Source: a candidate division FCPU426 bacterium (GTDB lineage: Bacteria > Oederibacteriota > Muellerivitia > Muellerivitales > Muellerivitaceae). Taken from it: DNA of 64,000 bases. Made by a program: the position numbers and the translations under genes. Positions within the stretch are counted from its first letter, which is position 1. Each line of letters begins with the position of its first letter. Positions 8,882-17,629 of the stretch are shown here, in pieces. The stretch is from the NCBI GenBank assembly GCA_003152075.1, contig PLZG01000054.1, positions 21,067 to 85,066 of the forward strand, written 5' to 3'. Under the pieces are notes generated by a model. That model was given only the letters and a program-made list of their open reading frames with translations. It did not search any database and was not told the origin of the DNA.

Positions 8882-11183
8882 GAGGGGCTGTCCTTCTACC
8901 TCTTAATTGAAAAACAACGTAAGCGACCACTGAAAGGCACCAGGCTATCATGCCCCAAAGGAGAGGGGTTAGCCAAGCGGGAACGTAGCGGAATTCCACT
9001 TGATGGTCGCCGGCGGGAACAAATAGAGTCCGGAAGACGTGGTTGCCCGTGAGGATTTCGGCGGGGTTCCCATCCACCCAGGCCTTCCAGCCGGGAAAGA
9101 CATTCTCGGAAACGGTCACCAGGCTATTGGCGTCCAGTTGAACCTTGAAAAGCTGGTCGTCCACCTCGTCCCTGGAAATCTCATACTTGAGTTGGGCTTG
9201 TTTCCCCGAAAGCTGGGAAGTGATATTTGCTGGAAGGGGTTCGTTGAAAACGATCTGTTGGGCCGGGTTGAATTCAGGTTTGGCCATGGCTTCCAAATCC
9301 TTGCCGGGGTCTGGAATGACCTGGACCTGGGAAGGGGCGTGGAGGTACTCGATGGGATCGAGGGGCTGGTAAAAATGCACCGAGCCGGATACCTGATGGG
9401 AAAACATCTTCGAAAGTTCGGGCGTTTTCTGAAGGGGCTGTTGGAAAAGGAAACCCCGAATGGCCATTAACTGCTGGTAATTCTTAAAGGGGACCTTTTT
9501 GATTTCCATGGCTTTTTTCAGGACGATGGGGTTGTAACCCTCGTTCATCCGGATGCCGAAAACCATGGGGGCGTCCGCCGGAAAGGCCCCCGCAAAAGTT
9601 GAGGAACCCATCTTGACCGGGTAACTCAGGTTTGAATCGAAGTAATAACGGGAGCCTTTTGTTTGCGTTTTTAAAGTGGAAAACATGGGGAAGTTGGATT
9701 CCAGGTCGAAATTGGAAGCGGGACCCAGGCTATAGCCGCTCCATCCCCTTAAGAGCAGGGGCAGGAGGAGGGCGACCTGGAAAAACAGTTTGCCCAAAGG
9801 TTTCCACGATTCCGTCAAACCCCATAAAGCCAAACCGGCCCCGCCTAGGAAGAGGGCCAGCATTTCCGGCCAGGTTTGTCCCGGGTTGGCCAGGCATACC
9901 ACAAACAAGAGGAGGGCGAAGCCGCAGCCGGTCAGGACCAGGCCGGAATGACGACCTTTTTCCTGGAAGAACCTTTCCAGGGTTTGGTACCCGTAGGCCG
10001 ACAAGACCGAGCCGAACAGCACGTAAGCCAGGACATAGCGGAAGGGAGCCCGGCTTAAGTTGATGCCCGGCAGGATCGCGCAAAAAATCCGGTGCAGGGG
10101 AAAATACCTTCCCCAAGCGGTCAAAATGGCTAAAACCCCGAACCCCAATAAAAAATAAAGAAACTTTTTATCCTTCCGCTTAAAGGCCAGGAAGAAAAGG
10201 AAAGGTATCCAAACCCCTAAGTAACCCTCGGCCCCTAGGAAATCATTGTCCATGTTTTTCTGGTCGGTAATGCTTTGGATAGCGGATTCCATGGTGCCTC
10301 CCGAGGGAATCCCCAGGGCGGGAAAAAGGAACTCATAGGTGGTAAAAGGAACCATGGAAAAGGTCCCGGTGAAATTCTCGTAGGTTTGGGCAGGATCCCG
10401 GCGGTTGGACAGCTGGGAAAACTCGTTGGCTGGAATCAGCTGGGTCAGTAGGGGAAGCCCGCCCCAAAGTCCAAAAAGCAAAACGATCAGGAGTTTTTTC
10501 CAGAGGAAACGGTTTATGGTTTGGACGGTGGATGTCGAAGTTTCTTCCTCCCTTGTCCATAGCCGGAAGAGAAAATAAACCAATGAAGTGTATAAAACGC
10601 AGAGCGTGGTTTGGAAAGAACCCCCGCAAAAGACTACCGCGAAGCAAAGGCCTGAGAGAAAGCCCCAGCCTGGCGTCAATTTCTTGGAAAGATTTTCCAG
10701 GCAAGCCATCATCCAGGGAAAGAAGGCGAAAACCGCCAGGATAGGCGGATGGATGGTTTCCCACCAGAAGACGCCGCAACAAGCGAAGGTGAGGGCGCCC
10801 AGGCGGGCGGAATTTTCCGAAAGCCTCAGGGATTTCAGCCAGAAATACATACCCATGGCGGCTAAGGCCATGTGCAGGAACATGAAAAAACCCAGGTTGT
10901 AGGGGGTGGGGAAAAGCAGGGTCAGATAGTTCAAGGGATAACACATCATGGCGTCGGGGTCGGCGAAGAAGGGTTCGCCCCCGAAAAAGTAGGGGTTCCA
11001 AAGGGGGAAGTGGCCCGCGAAGAGCTGATCCCGCAGGAAAGTCCTCCAATGTCCATGGGAACTCATAAGGTCATTGGCGAAATAGGATTGGTTCAGGGCC
11101 AAACAGGGAAAGAAAGCCACGAAGGAGAAGGCCAGGAACAGCAGGCAGGCGTAGAGGGGCTTGAAAGCTGGCTTTTCCTCCAT
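8859..11183 (-). CDS. YfhO-like polytopic membrane protein, paralog 3
   Basis: 774 aa. FFPCLALNQSYFANDL...GHFPLWNPYFFGGEPFFADPDAMMCYPLNYL. Overlaps paralog 2 by 23 nt. Confidence 0.6.
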   Translation of the reverse strand: MEEKPAFKPLYACLLFLAFSFVAFFPCLALNQSYFANDLMSSHGHWRTFLRDQLFAGHFPLWNPYFFGGEPFFADPDAMMCYPLNYLTLLFPTPYNLGFFMFLHMALAAMGMYFWLKSLRLSENSARLGALTFACCGVFWWETIHPPILAVFAFFPWMMACLENLSKKLTPGWGFLSGLCFAVVFCGGSFQTTLCVLYTSLVYFLFRLWTREEETSTSTVQTINRFLWKKLLIVLLFGLWGGLPLLTQLIPANEFSQLSNRRDPAQTYENFTGTFSMVPFTTYEFLFPALGIPSGGTMESAIQSITDQKNMDNDFLGAEGYLGVWIPFLFFLAFKRKDKKFLYFLLGFGVLAILTAWGRYFPLHRIFCAILPGINLSRAPFRYVLAYVLFGSVLSAYGYQTLERFFQEKGRHSGLVLTGCGFALLLFVVCLANPGQTWPEMLALFLGGAGLALWGLTESWKPLGKLFFQVALLLPLLLRGWSGYSLGPASNFDLESNFPMFSTLKTQTKGSRYYFDSNLSYPVKMGSSTFAGAFPADAPMVFGIRMNEGYNPIVLKKAMEIKKVPFKNYQQLMAIRGFLFQQPLQKTPELSKMFSHQVSGSVHFYQPLDPIEYLHAPSQVQVIPDPGKDLEAMAKPEFNPAQQIVFNEPLPANITSQLSGKQAQLKYEISRDEVDDQLFKVQLDANSLVTVSENVFPGWKAWVDGNPAEILTGNHVFRTLFVPAGDHQVEFRYVPAWLTPLLWGMIAWCLSVVAYVVFQLRGRRTAPLAPAQTN

Positions 11184-12215
11184 TTACTTTTTCCCCGCGC
11201 GGACCGAAATAAATTTAAATTTGTTCCCACCCTTTTGAACCTTGTAAACCTGGACTTCCAAGGGGGGCTGGGGGATGGAAGTGAAGAAACCGGCGCTGAG
11301 GCCCAAACCGTAAAGGGAATGCCGTAGGAAAATGAGGATCGGTACCTTGAAGGCGTCCATGAAACGGCGGTGGTAGGAGGCGGCAGAAATGCCCGTGCCG
11401 ACAGCTCCCAAAAGGAAAAGGGCCAGGGGTATCCAACCGAGGGATTTGAGAAGGGATAAAAAAGGTTGCCAAGCTGGTCCCACCGTGACCACCCAGGGCA
11501 GGGGCAGTGAGAGCAGGTAAAGCACGAAGAAGAGCGGGGCCAGGTGGATGATGTCGGAGAGGCAGGGGTAGACCTTCATTTGCCGGGCACGGCCACGGCC
11601 ATAGCGGAAGGCCTGCCAACAGAAGGCGCCCAGAGACTTGCGGCGTGAGCGGAAAACCGCGCCCCGGGGATCGTAAACCAGCCGGAAGCCCTTGTGGAGC
11701 AGGCGGTTCAAAAACTCATTTTCCTCGTTGGGGTAAAGGTCGGTCCGGAACCCCCCCTCACTCAGGAAAGTGTCCCGGCGTACCATCATGTTGCAGAGGA
11801 TCAGGTCCTTCTCGGTAGCTTCCTTTACTGAGCCGATAGAAGCGTAACGGAAGCGCACGCTGAAACTGCCCATCCAGGAGGCCAGCACGGCATTGACCGT
11901 CTTTTCGAAAGAGATGGCATCGGGCGGCACCAGGTTGGGCCCACCCGCCACTGCGGTACGGCGGTCCTCGAAATGGGAAAGCAGGTCGGTAACCGTGCCT
12001 TCGGCTACTTGGCTGTCATCGTCCAGGAAATAAACCAGGGGAGTGGAACAACTTTTCACTCCCGCGTTTCTCTGGTTGGAAGGGTTTTTACCCACGCAGA
12101 CGAAAATCTCCCGCGTGCGTTCGCCCGCTCCCATTTTTTGGAGGGCTGGCAGGGCGCCAATCGGCCGGTCCAACCGGTCGATGACGATGACGACGCTATA
12201 GCTTGGTTTTTTCAT
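11184..12215 (-). CDS. family-2 glycosyltransferase with C-terminal TM helices (polyprenyl-phosphate sugar synthase-like, GtrB/CsbB-type)
   Basis: MKKPSYSVVIVI.. then a DxD-containing GT-A domain, then 3-4 C-terminal TM helices. Its stop abuts the YfhO paralog 3 start. The alternative upstream start at 12266 is less likely. Confidence 0.75.
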   Translation of the reverse strand: MKKPSYSVVIVIDRLDRPIGALPALQKMGAGERTREIFVCVGKNPSNQRNAGVKSCSTPLVYFLDDDSQVAEGTVTDLLSHFEDRRTAVAGGPNLVPPDAISFEKTVNAVLASWMGSFSVRFRYASIGSVKEATEKDLILCNMMVRRDTFLSEGGFRTDLYPNEENEFLNRLLHKGFRLVYDPRGAVFRSRRKSLGAFCWQAFRYGRGRARQMKVYPCLSDIIHLAPLFFVLYLLSLPLPWVVTVGPAWQPFLSLLKSLGWIPLALFLLGAVGTGISAASYHRRFMDAFKVPILIFLRHSLYGLGLSAGFFTSIPQPPLEVQVYKVQKGGNKFKFISVRAGKK

Positions 12216-13176
12216 GGGGATGCTTGAAGACTGAGAGGAGTTGGGTGGCGGCCGGGATACCGGCAAGGGAAACGAAGAGGGGCCCGACGATGACGATCAA
12301 TAGGGAAAAGGCCATCAGGGATTCCTTCGGAAGTTGGTCGGATGTAAAAAGTAAGAACATGGCGGCTTCCCTCGTTCCAAAGCCCATAATCGAAATGGGA
12401 AGCAATTCTACCATGATCATCACCGGGGCGAGTAAGGCGAATTTGAAAAAGCCCAGGGGCAGCCCCAGGGCCATGGCGCAAAAGTAGGCCCTCAAGATGG
12501 CGGTTTCCCAGGCTAAAAAGGAAAGGACGAAGGGGCCGAATATCCGGAAAGAAGGGATCAGTAGGGTGTGGAGCTTGTCGTAAAATTCCTTTCCATGGTG
12601 GGAAAGCTGTTCCCCCAATTTTTTGGACAGGAGCCCCATCACCAGGGGTTTCAAGAGGTATTTCATCCAGCGTGGGTTAAGAAAGATAAGAACCAGGAAC
12701 ATGCCCGCAAGCATCCCCAGGATGGCGGCCAGGGCAGGTCCCTGTTGCTGGGACCCCACCAGGAAGGAAATGAAGCCGATGATGGCCAGAACCAGGACGG
12801 CCGCCAGGTCGTAAATGCGGTCTGCCGCGTGAACCGCGAGGGCGGTTGGCATGGGCAAGCGGCAGAGACGGTTTAACAGGATGATGCGGGTAACATCCCC
12901 CAGCTTACCGGGCGTGACGGCGGCCAGGGGCTGGCCGGAAAGGAAGGCCCAAGCCGCGTTTTTGAGGGAGATATAGGAAGAAGCCCGGGCCACGAAGGAT
13001 TTCAAGCGCTGGGATTTAAAGAAGATCTCGGGGGCGGCGAAAAGAAAGGCTGGAAGGAACCAGCGGAAGTCCACCATCCTCAGGGTTTCCCAGGAAGCCC
13101 GAAGGTTCAACCTGCTGAGGATGAGCAGGAGGAGGGCAGGGCCGAAAAGGAAAGAAAAGGATTTCAGGTAACGCAA
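12196..13176 (-). CDS. flippase-like / lysylphosphatidylglycerol-synthase-TM-domain family membrane protein
   Basis: 326 aa, about 8 TM helices. N-terminal LLLLILSRLNLRASWETL.. resembles the UPF0104/TIGR00374 family, which is often adjacent to GT2 genes. Confidence 0.5.
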   Translation of the reverse strand: MRYLKSFSFLFGPALLLLILSRLNLRASWETLRMVDFRWFLPAFLFAAPEIFFKSQRLKSFVARASSYISLKNAAWAFLSGQPLAAVTPGKLGDVTRIILLNRLCRLPMPTALAVHAADRIYDLAAVLVLAIIGFISFLVGSQQQGPALAAILGMLAGMFLVLIFLNPRWMKYLLKPLVMGLLSKKLGEQLSHHGKEFYDKLHTLLIPSFRIFGPFVLSFLAWETAILRAYFCAMALGLPLGFFKFALLAPVMIMVELLPISIMGFGTREAAMFLLFTSDQLPKESLMAFSLLIVIVGPLFVSLAGIPAATQLLSVFKHPHEKTKL

Positions 13177-14264
13177 AGCTGTCGCAGCCTTTCTTCCAGG
13201 TCTTGAATACAGCGGGTCCAGTCCAATGTTTTTACCAGCAAAGCCGCTTCCCGTGGGGATTTTCTGGCCTTGAGGGCCCGTAAAACCGCCTTTGAGAAGG
13301 CGGCGGGGTTGGGCGGCGAGGGGAAAAGAGCTTTTTTAAAGAGGATTGTTTCGCCCACGTCCGCCGCCACCACCCGGCATCCGCAGGCGATGGCTTCCCG
13401 CAGTTTCATGGAGGCTCGGTATTGGTTCACCGAGCTGTCCTTGTAATAAACCAGGGCTGCGTCGGATAGTTTGAGGCAGGCCGCCACCTGCCGGGGTGTG
13501 AGGTAACCGGTGAAGTGGACAGCAGGCGCGATTCCCATATCCAAGGCCAGGCGCTTGAAGCGTCCCTCGTCAGGACCACCTCCGGCCACCAAAAGCTGAA
13601 CACCGGGAAGGGAGCGTTGGATCAACTTGAAGGATTCCATCAGGGGTTCCAGGTCGCAGGCCACGCTCAAGTGGGCGGTGAAGGTCAGGATGGGTCCCTT
13701 GCCATTGCGGTTTTTAAGAGCTGCTCCCGCGCGGGGAAGATCGTCCATCTTTAAGGGGCCTGGGTGGAAAAGGCCTCCGTCCACGCCTTGGGGAAGACAA
13801 ACCAGTTTTTTTGCCGGAACCTTGAAGACCTTTTGCAGCGGTTCCCGTAGGTGGGGATTGTGGTAGGTCACCAAGTCTGCCCACTTAGGCCAGGGTTCTT
13901 GGAGCCACTTGTGGAGCGCCCGAAACCAGCCGTGGCTGTAATCGTAATCCAGGTCATCCACGTCAATGGTTACCTTCGCACCTTTGCACTTTTGCACAAA
14001 GAGGCCGGGAACAACCGTAGGGTATGGTTTTATAGCGATAGCGACATCTGATTTAACCCATAAGGAAATCCAAAAATAGTAAAAGGCCGATAATACCATG
14101 TCGAACCAGAGGGGAAGGCTGGGAATGGGTTTGATGAAGTGAACTTGGTGACCTCTTTTCTCGAAGGCCTCAGCGATATAACGGGCTCGCAGGGCGCAGC
14201 CCGTTCCTCCGCCTTTAGCGGAAAGAACAAGGATTATCAAGGATTTGGGGGTGGTTGGCTTCAT
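13164..14264 (-). CDS. GT4-family (GT-B) glycosyltransferase
   Basis: 366 aa with the C-terminal E-x7-E-like GT4 motif region (..KLREAIACGCRVVAADVGE..). Confidence 0.75.
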   Translation of the reverse strand: MKPTTPKSLIILVLSAKGGGTGCALRARYIAEAFEKRGHQVHFIKPIPSLPLWFDMVLSAFYYFWISLWVKSDVAIAIKPYPTVVPGLFVQKCKGAKVTIDVDDLDYDYSHGWFRALHKWLQEPWPKWADLVTYHNPHLREPLQKVFKVPAKKLVCLPQGVDGGLFHPGPLKMDDLPRAGAALKNRNGKGPILTFTAHLSVACDLEPLMESFKLIQRSLPGVQLLVAGGGPDEGRFKRLALDMGIAPAVHFTGYLTPRQVAACLKLSDAALVYYKDSSVNQYRASMKLREAIACGCRVVAADVGETILFKKALFPSPPNPAAFSKAVLRALKARKSPREAALLVKTLDWTRCIQDLEERLRQLCVT

Positions 14265-14499
14265 AAGTTCTGGAAGATTGTAAAGGCCCGGTGGGGGAGG
14301 AGCTACCTGAAAAACGGATTAAGTGATTGTCATTCTGAGGCGCTTTCCGCCGAAGAATCTATGTTTTCCAAACAAAACAAAGATCCTTCGCTTCGCTCAG
14401 GATTATGTATTAAGCGTTTAAGAACAAAAAAAGCCCGGGGCTTGGGGCCCCGGGCTTATCAATTTGGCTTAGCTTAACGGCGCGTAGGCGCCCTAAGAC

Positions 14500-15999
14500 T
14501 TAAGGACAGGTCGTGGCGATGAAATTATCCACGTGCAAGGTGTTGGTCGTCACGATGTTGTAACTGCGGATTCCCGCGCCCCCGGTAGCGTAGAGGGGGG
14601 TCGTGAGGGGGTCAGGCACGCTGCTGAAGATTTGCGTGGTCGCACCATCCATCAGGCCGTCCCCCGATTCGGTCGTCACCCAACCGTTGAAACTGTTGCC
14701 CGAAGCGGTGGCTTTCAAGTGCACCCAGGTACCCAGGGTGTAGGGATTGGAGCTGTTGGTGCCGGGGTAGTAGTAAGTCCCCACCCCAGTTTGTTTCTCG
14801 ATCTCCCAGCGGCTGTTCAAGCCGTTCCACTGGAAGATATAGGCGTAGTAGGAGGCCGGGGTCGAGCGTAAAACCACCCCGAAAACGCCCTGGGCGACGG
14901 TATCCAGCTTGAAGTCGCCTTCCACCCTATAGTCCCCTAAGCTTTGAGAGAAATTGGCGTTGTTGACGATGTCATAGGAATAGGTGATGCCGGGATTGTG
15001 CTGGAACTCACCTCCGGTTACGCTCCAGCCCAAAGCCGCGGCGGTCGTGGGTGTCCAGGCCCCGTCGTAGTAGTCGTAGTTGCCGACGGTGTTGGAACTA
15101 TAATTATCCGAGTAAGTGGTGCCGGAGCAAGTGGGCGTGGGGGAGGGCGTCGCGGTCACCGCGCAGTTATAAGCCGTGAAATTTTTCACGTGCAGGGTGT
15201 TGGTCGACACGATGTTGTAACTGCGGATTCCCGCAGCTCCCGTCGAATAGGGTGTCGTGGTCCCCGGGTCAGTCACGTTGGTGAAAATCTGCACCGTCGG
15301 CCCACCGGCGGGGGTAATCCAAGCGTTCATCAGATTTCCCGGGCCAGCTGTCACTTTCAAGTGTACCCAAGTTCCCAGCGTGTAAGGCGAACTGGAATTG
15401 TTGCCGGGGTAATAATAGGTTCCTACAGCATACTGTTTCTCGATCTCCCAACGGCTGTTCAAGCCGTTCCATTGGAAGATATAGGCGTCGGGTGACCCTT
15501 GGGTGGCCCGGAACACGAGGCCGAATACGCCTTGCGCAACGGTGTCGAGTTTGAAATCGCCTTCCACCGAGTAATCACCCAGGGATTGACTGAACAGGGA
15601 GTTGGTCACCAGCTCGTAGGAATAGGTGATACCGGGGTTTTGTTGAAACTCCCCTCCGGTAACACTCCAGCCAAGCGCCGCGGCTGAGGACGGAGACCAG
15701 GCACCGTCGTAATAAACGTAATTGGCGAGGCTTAAGGAACTTCCGTAGCTGTCCGTAAACGAAGCGCAACCCGGTGTGGAGGTGCTGGTGGCGGTAGCCG
15801 AACCCGTGGGGGTTGAGGTGGGCGGTGTTTGGGTCGGCGAATGCGTGGTCGTTCCACCGGGTACAACGGTTGAGGTGTTTGCTGGCGTGGGGGTAGAAAA
15901 AACAGGGGGAAGGGTGATGCCCGTTGTTCCACAAGCGAAGGGACCTACCATCAAGATCAAACAAAGACTGGCGAAAAGAAAGGCTGAATATCGATTCAT
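14500..15999 (-). CDS. secreted lipoprotein with Thr/Pro linker and two tandem ~230-aa concanavalin-A-like (LamG/DUF1080-type) domains
   Basis: Lipobox-like signal (..MVGPFACG), then a TPTP linker, then an internal duplication (WSVTGGEFQ.NPGITYSY....GDF.LDTVAQGVFG...IFQWNGLNSRWEIEKQ). Domain assignment is tentative. Confidence 0.6.
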   Translation of the reverse strand: MNRYSAFLFASLCLILMVGPFACGTTGITLPPVFSTPTPANTSTVVPGGTTTHSPTQTPPTSTPTGSATATSTSTPGCASFTDSYGSSLSLANYVYYDGAWSPSSAAALGWSVTGGEFQQNPGITYSYELVTNSLFSQSLGDYSVEGDFKLDTVAQGVFGLVFRATQGSPDAYIFQWNGLNSRWEIEKQYAVGTYYYPGNNSSSPYTLGTWVHLKVTAGPGNLMNAWITPAGGPTVQIFTNVTDPGTTTPYSTGAAGIRSYNIVSTNTLHVKNFTAYNCAVTATPSPTPTCSGTTYSDNYSSNTVGNYDYYDGAWTPTTAAALGWSVTGGEFQHNPGITYSYDIVNNANFSQSLGDYRVEGDFKLDTVAQGVFGVVLRSTPASYYAYIFQWNGLNSRWEIEKQTGVGTYYYPGTNSSNPYTLGTWVHLKATASGNSFNGWVTTESGDGLMDGATTQIFSSVPDPLTTPLYATGGAGIRSYNIVTTNTLHVDNFIATTCP

Positions 16000-16134
16000 A
16001 TTACTCTCCCGAAATTTAAATAAACAACCACAGGCTTTTCAAATTGACCTGTACTAAATAATGTTTCTCAGGAGGCTATTATTCCATGAAATTTGAAGAA
16101 AATGGGGGCGATAAAGCCCATAAAAACATGGGTT

Positions 16135-16929
16135 TTAGGGACAGCCCGGGGTCTTCACGGAGAAATTGTCCAGGTGCAGAATGTTGCCGCCCAGGATGTT
16201 ATAGGCTCGGATACCCGCGCCTCCTGCGGTATAGGGAGCCGTGGTTCCGGGATCGCTCACTCCGTTAAAGATGGTCACCGTCGCGCCCAACCCAACGCCG
16301 GGACTTGTTTCAGGGGTCTCATAGCAGTTGAAATTGTTCCCCGATATCACCGCCTTCAAATGCACCCAAGTCCCAAGCGTGTAGGGAGAACCAGAATTCG
16401 TGCCAGGATAATAATAAGTGCCAACCCCGATTTGTTTTTCGATCTCCCAACGATTATTAAGCCCGTTCCATTGGAAAATATAGGCATGAAAGGAGGCCGG
16501 TGTCGCGCGACTGATCACCCCGAACACCCCCTGGCCCACCGTGCCAAGGTTAAAGTCGCCCTCAACCGTGTAATCTCCCAACGATTGGTTGAAAGTGGAG
16601 TTGTTGACGATGGCGTAAGAATAGGTAATGGTGCTAGGCGACCCCACTTGGAATTCCCCGGAAGTAATCTGAATGGACAGGGCCGCGGGGGTGGCAGCGG
16701 TCCAGGACTGATCATAGGTGTCATAGTTGGCCAGGGTGTTACTGCCGTAAGAATCCGTGTAGATGTAACAGGTTGGCGTGGCCGTAGGCGCGTTGGAATT
16801 GGGTAGATTCACAGGGCAGTTTTTCAAGGTGCAGTCGAGGGAAAGAACGGTCAAAAACAGGGACAAGAGGGGAAGGCCCCAGGCTAAAGTTCGCTTCAAT
16901 TTCCTCTCCAGGACATACTTTTGTCTCAT
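16135..16929 (-). CDS. secreted protein with one copy of the same concanavalin-A-like domain
   Basis: Paralog of 14500..15999 with signal peptide and the same IFQWNGLNNRWEIEKQ core. Confidence 0.6.
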   Translation of the reverse strand: MRQKYVLERKLKRTLAWGLPLLSLFLTVLSLDCTLKNCPVNLPNSNAPTATPTCYIYTDSYGSNTLANYDTYDQSWTAATPAALSIQITSGEFQVGSPSTITYSYAIVNNSTFNQSLGDYTVEGDFNLGTVGQGVFGVISRATPASFHAYIFQWNGLNNRWEIEKQIGVGTYYYPGTNSGSPYTLGTWVHLKAVISGNNFNCYETPETSPGVGLGATVTIFNGVSDPGTTAPYTAGGAGIRAYNILGGNILHLDNFSVKTPGCP

Positions 16930-17076
16930 GTATATGATGTTTTTGAAAGACGTTTTATTCCGAAAAAACCTAATTAAACTATTGGCACGGTCGAATTAAG
17001 TCTTTACCGCCCACATCCTAGTATGTTTTAATCAAGCCGACAAATTTTTTTAAAGAAAAATATTGGACATCAAACT

Positions 17077-17433
17077 ATGAAAAAAGCCATCCTTTTCCTC
17101 TATTTACTGGCGGTGATCGCTCCTTTTGGGGCCAATGCCCTCGACATACCCGACTCGGGAACTTCCTATTCCTACCCACTCCCGGCCAAGGCCGGTGGCT
17201 TGGTCAATATTGTTTACACCATGGCTAGTTCGGGGACGGTCCAGGTCCTGGCTTACAACGAATCAAGTGACTTGGTGATGAATTTCACAGATCTCAAAAC
17301 CGCCGGATTACAATCCAGTCAAGTGGACCTCTGTTGCCTGGCCCCTGGAATATATCTTTATTTGGTGATGATCAACTACGATTCGGGCAGTAAGGAAAAA
17401 CTGAAGCCCGCCAAATTCGTGGTTGTCCGCTAG
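17077..17433 (+). CDS. stand-alone FlgD-Ig / T9SS-CTD-like domain protein with signal peptide
   Basis: 118 aa. Signal peptide, then YPLPAKAGGLVNIVYTM..GTVQVLAYNESSDLV...GIYLYLVMINYDSGSKEKLKPAKFVVVR, matching the C-terminal domains of the large secreted proteins in this window. Confidence 0.6.
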   Translation: MKKAILFLYLLAVIAPFGANALDIPDSGTSYSYPLPAKAGGLVNIVYTMASSGTVQVLAYNESSDLVMNFTDLKTAGLQSSQVDLCCLAPGIYLYLVMINYDSGSKEKLKPAKFVVVR

Positions 17434-17508
17434 CGGACAACCCATGTTTACCTTGAAAACAAAATCCACCTGGAAGGAGTTCACTAAAAGTTATTTTATG
17501 AACCCAAA

Positions 17509-17547
17509 ACCCTCGCCCCTTGCGGGAGAGGGTAGGGTGATGGGTGT
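17509..17547. repeat. family-A GC-rich hairpin repeat (AACCCTCGCCCCTTGCGGGAGAGGGTAGGGTGAGGGG)
   Basis: Near-identical copies at 27519, 30311 and 57611 (reverse), plus variants at 20766 and 43518. Lies in the 5' leader of the gene at 17630. Confidence 0.8.
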
Positions 17548-17629
17548 GGAAAAACCGATTGTTGCAACCCTCCCCCCAACACACTTCCCTCGAGGGAGAA
17601 ATTGTAAAGCTATTAAAAGCATTGACGAA

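Noticed and set aside
9632-10116. Arg/Pro/Gly-rich ORFs on both strands inside YfhO paralog 3
   Set aside because: They are embedded in, or antisense to, a long membrane-protein frame with clear TM periodicity. Their composition is typical of off-frame GC-rich translation.
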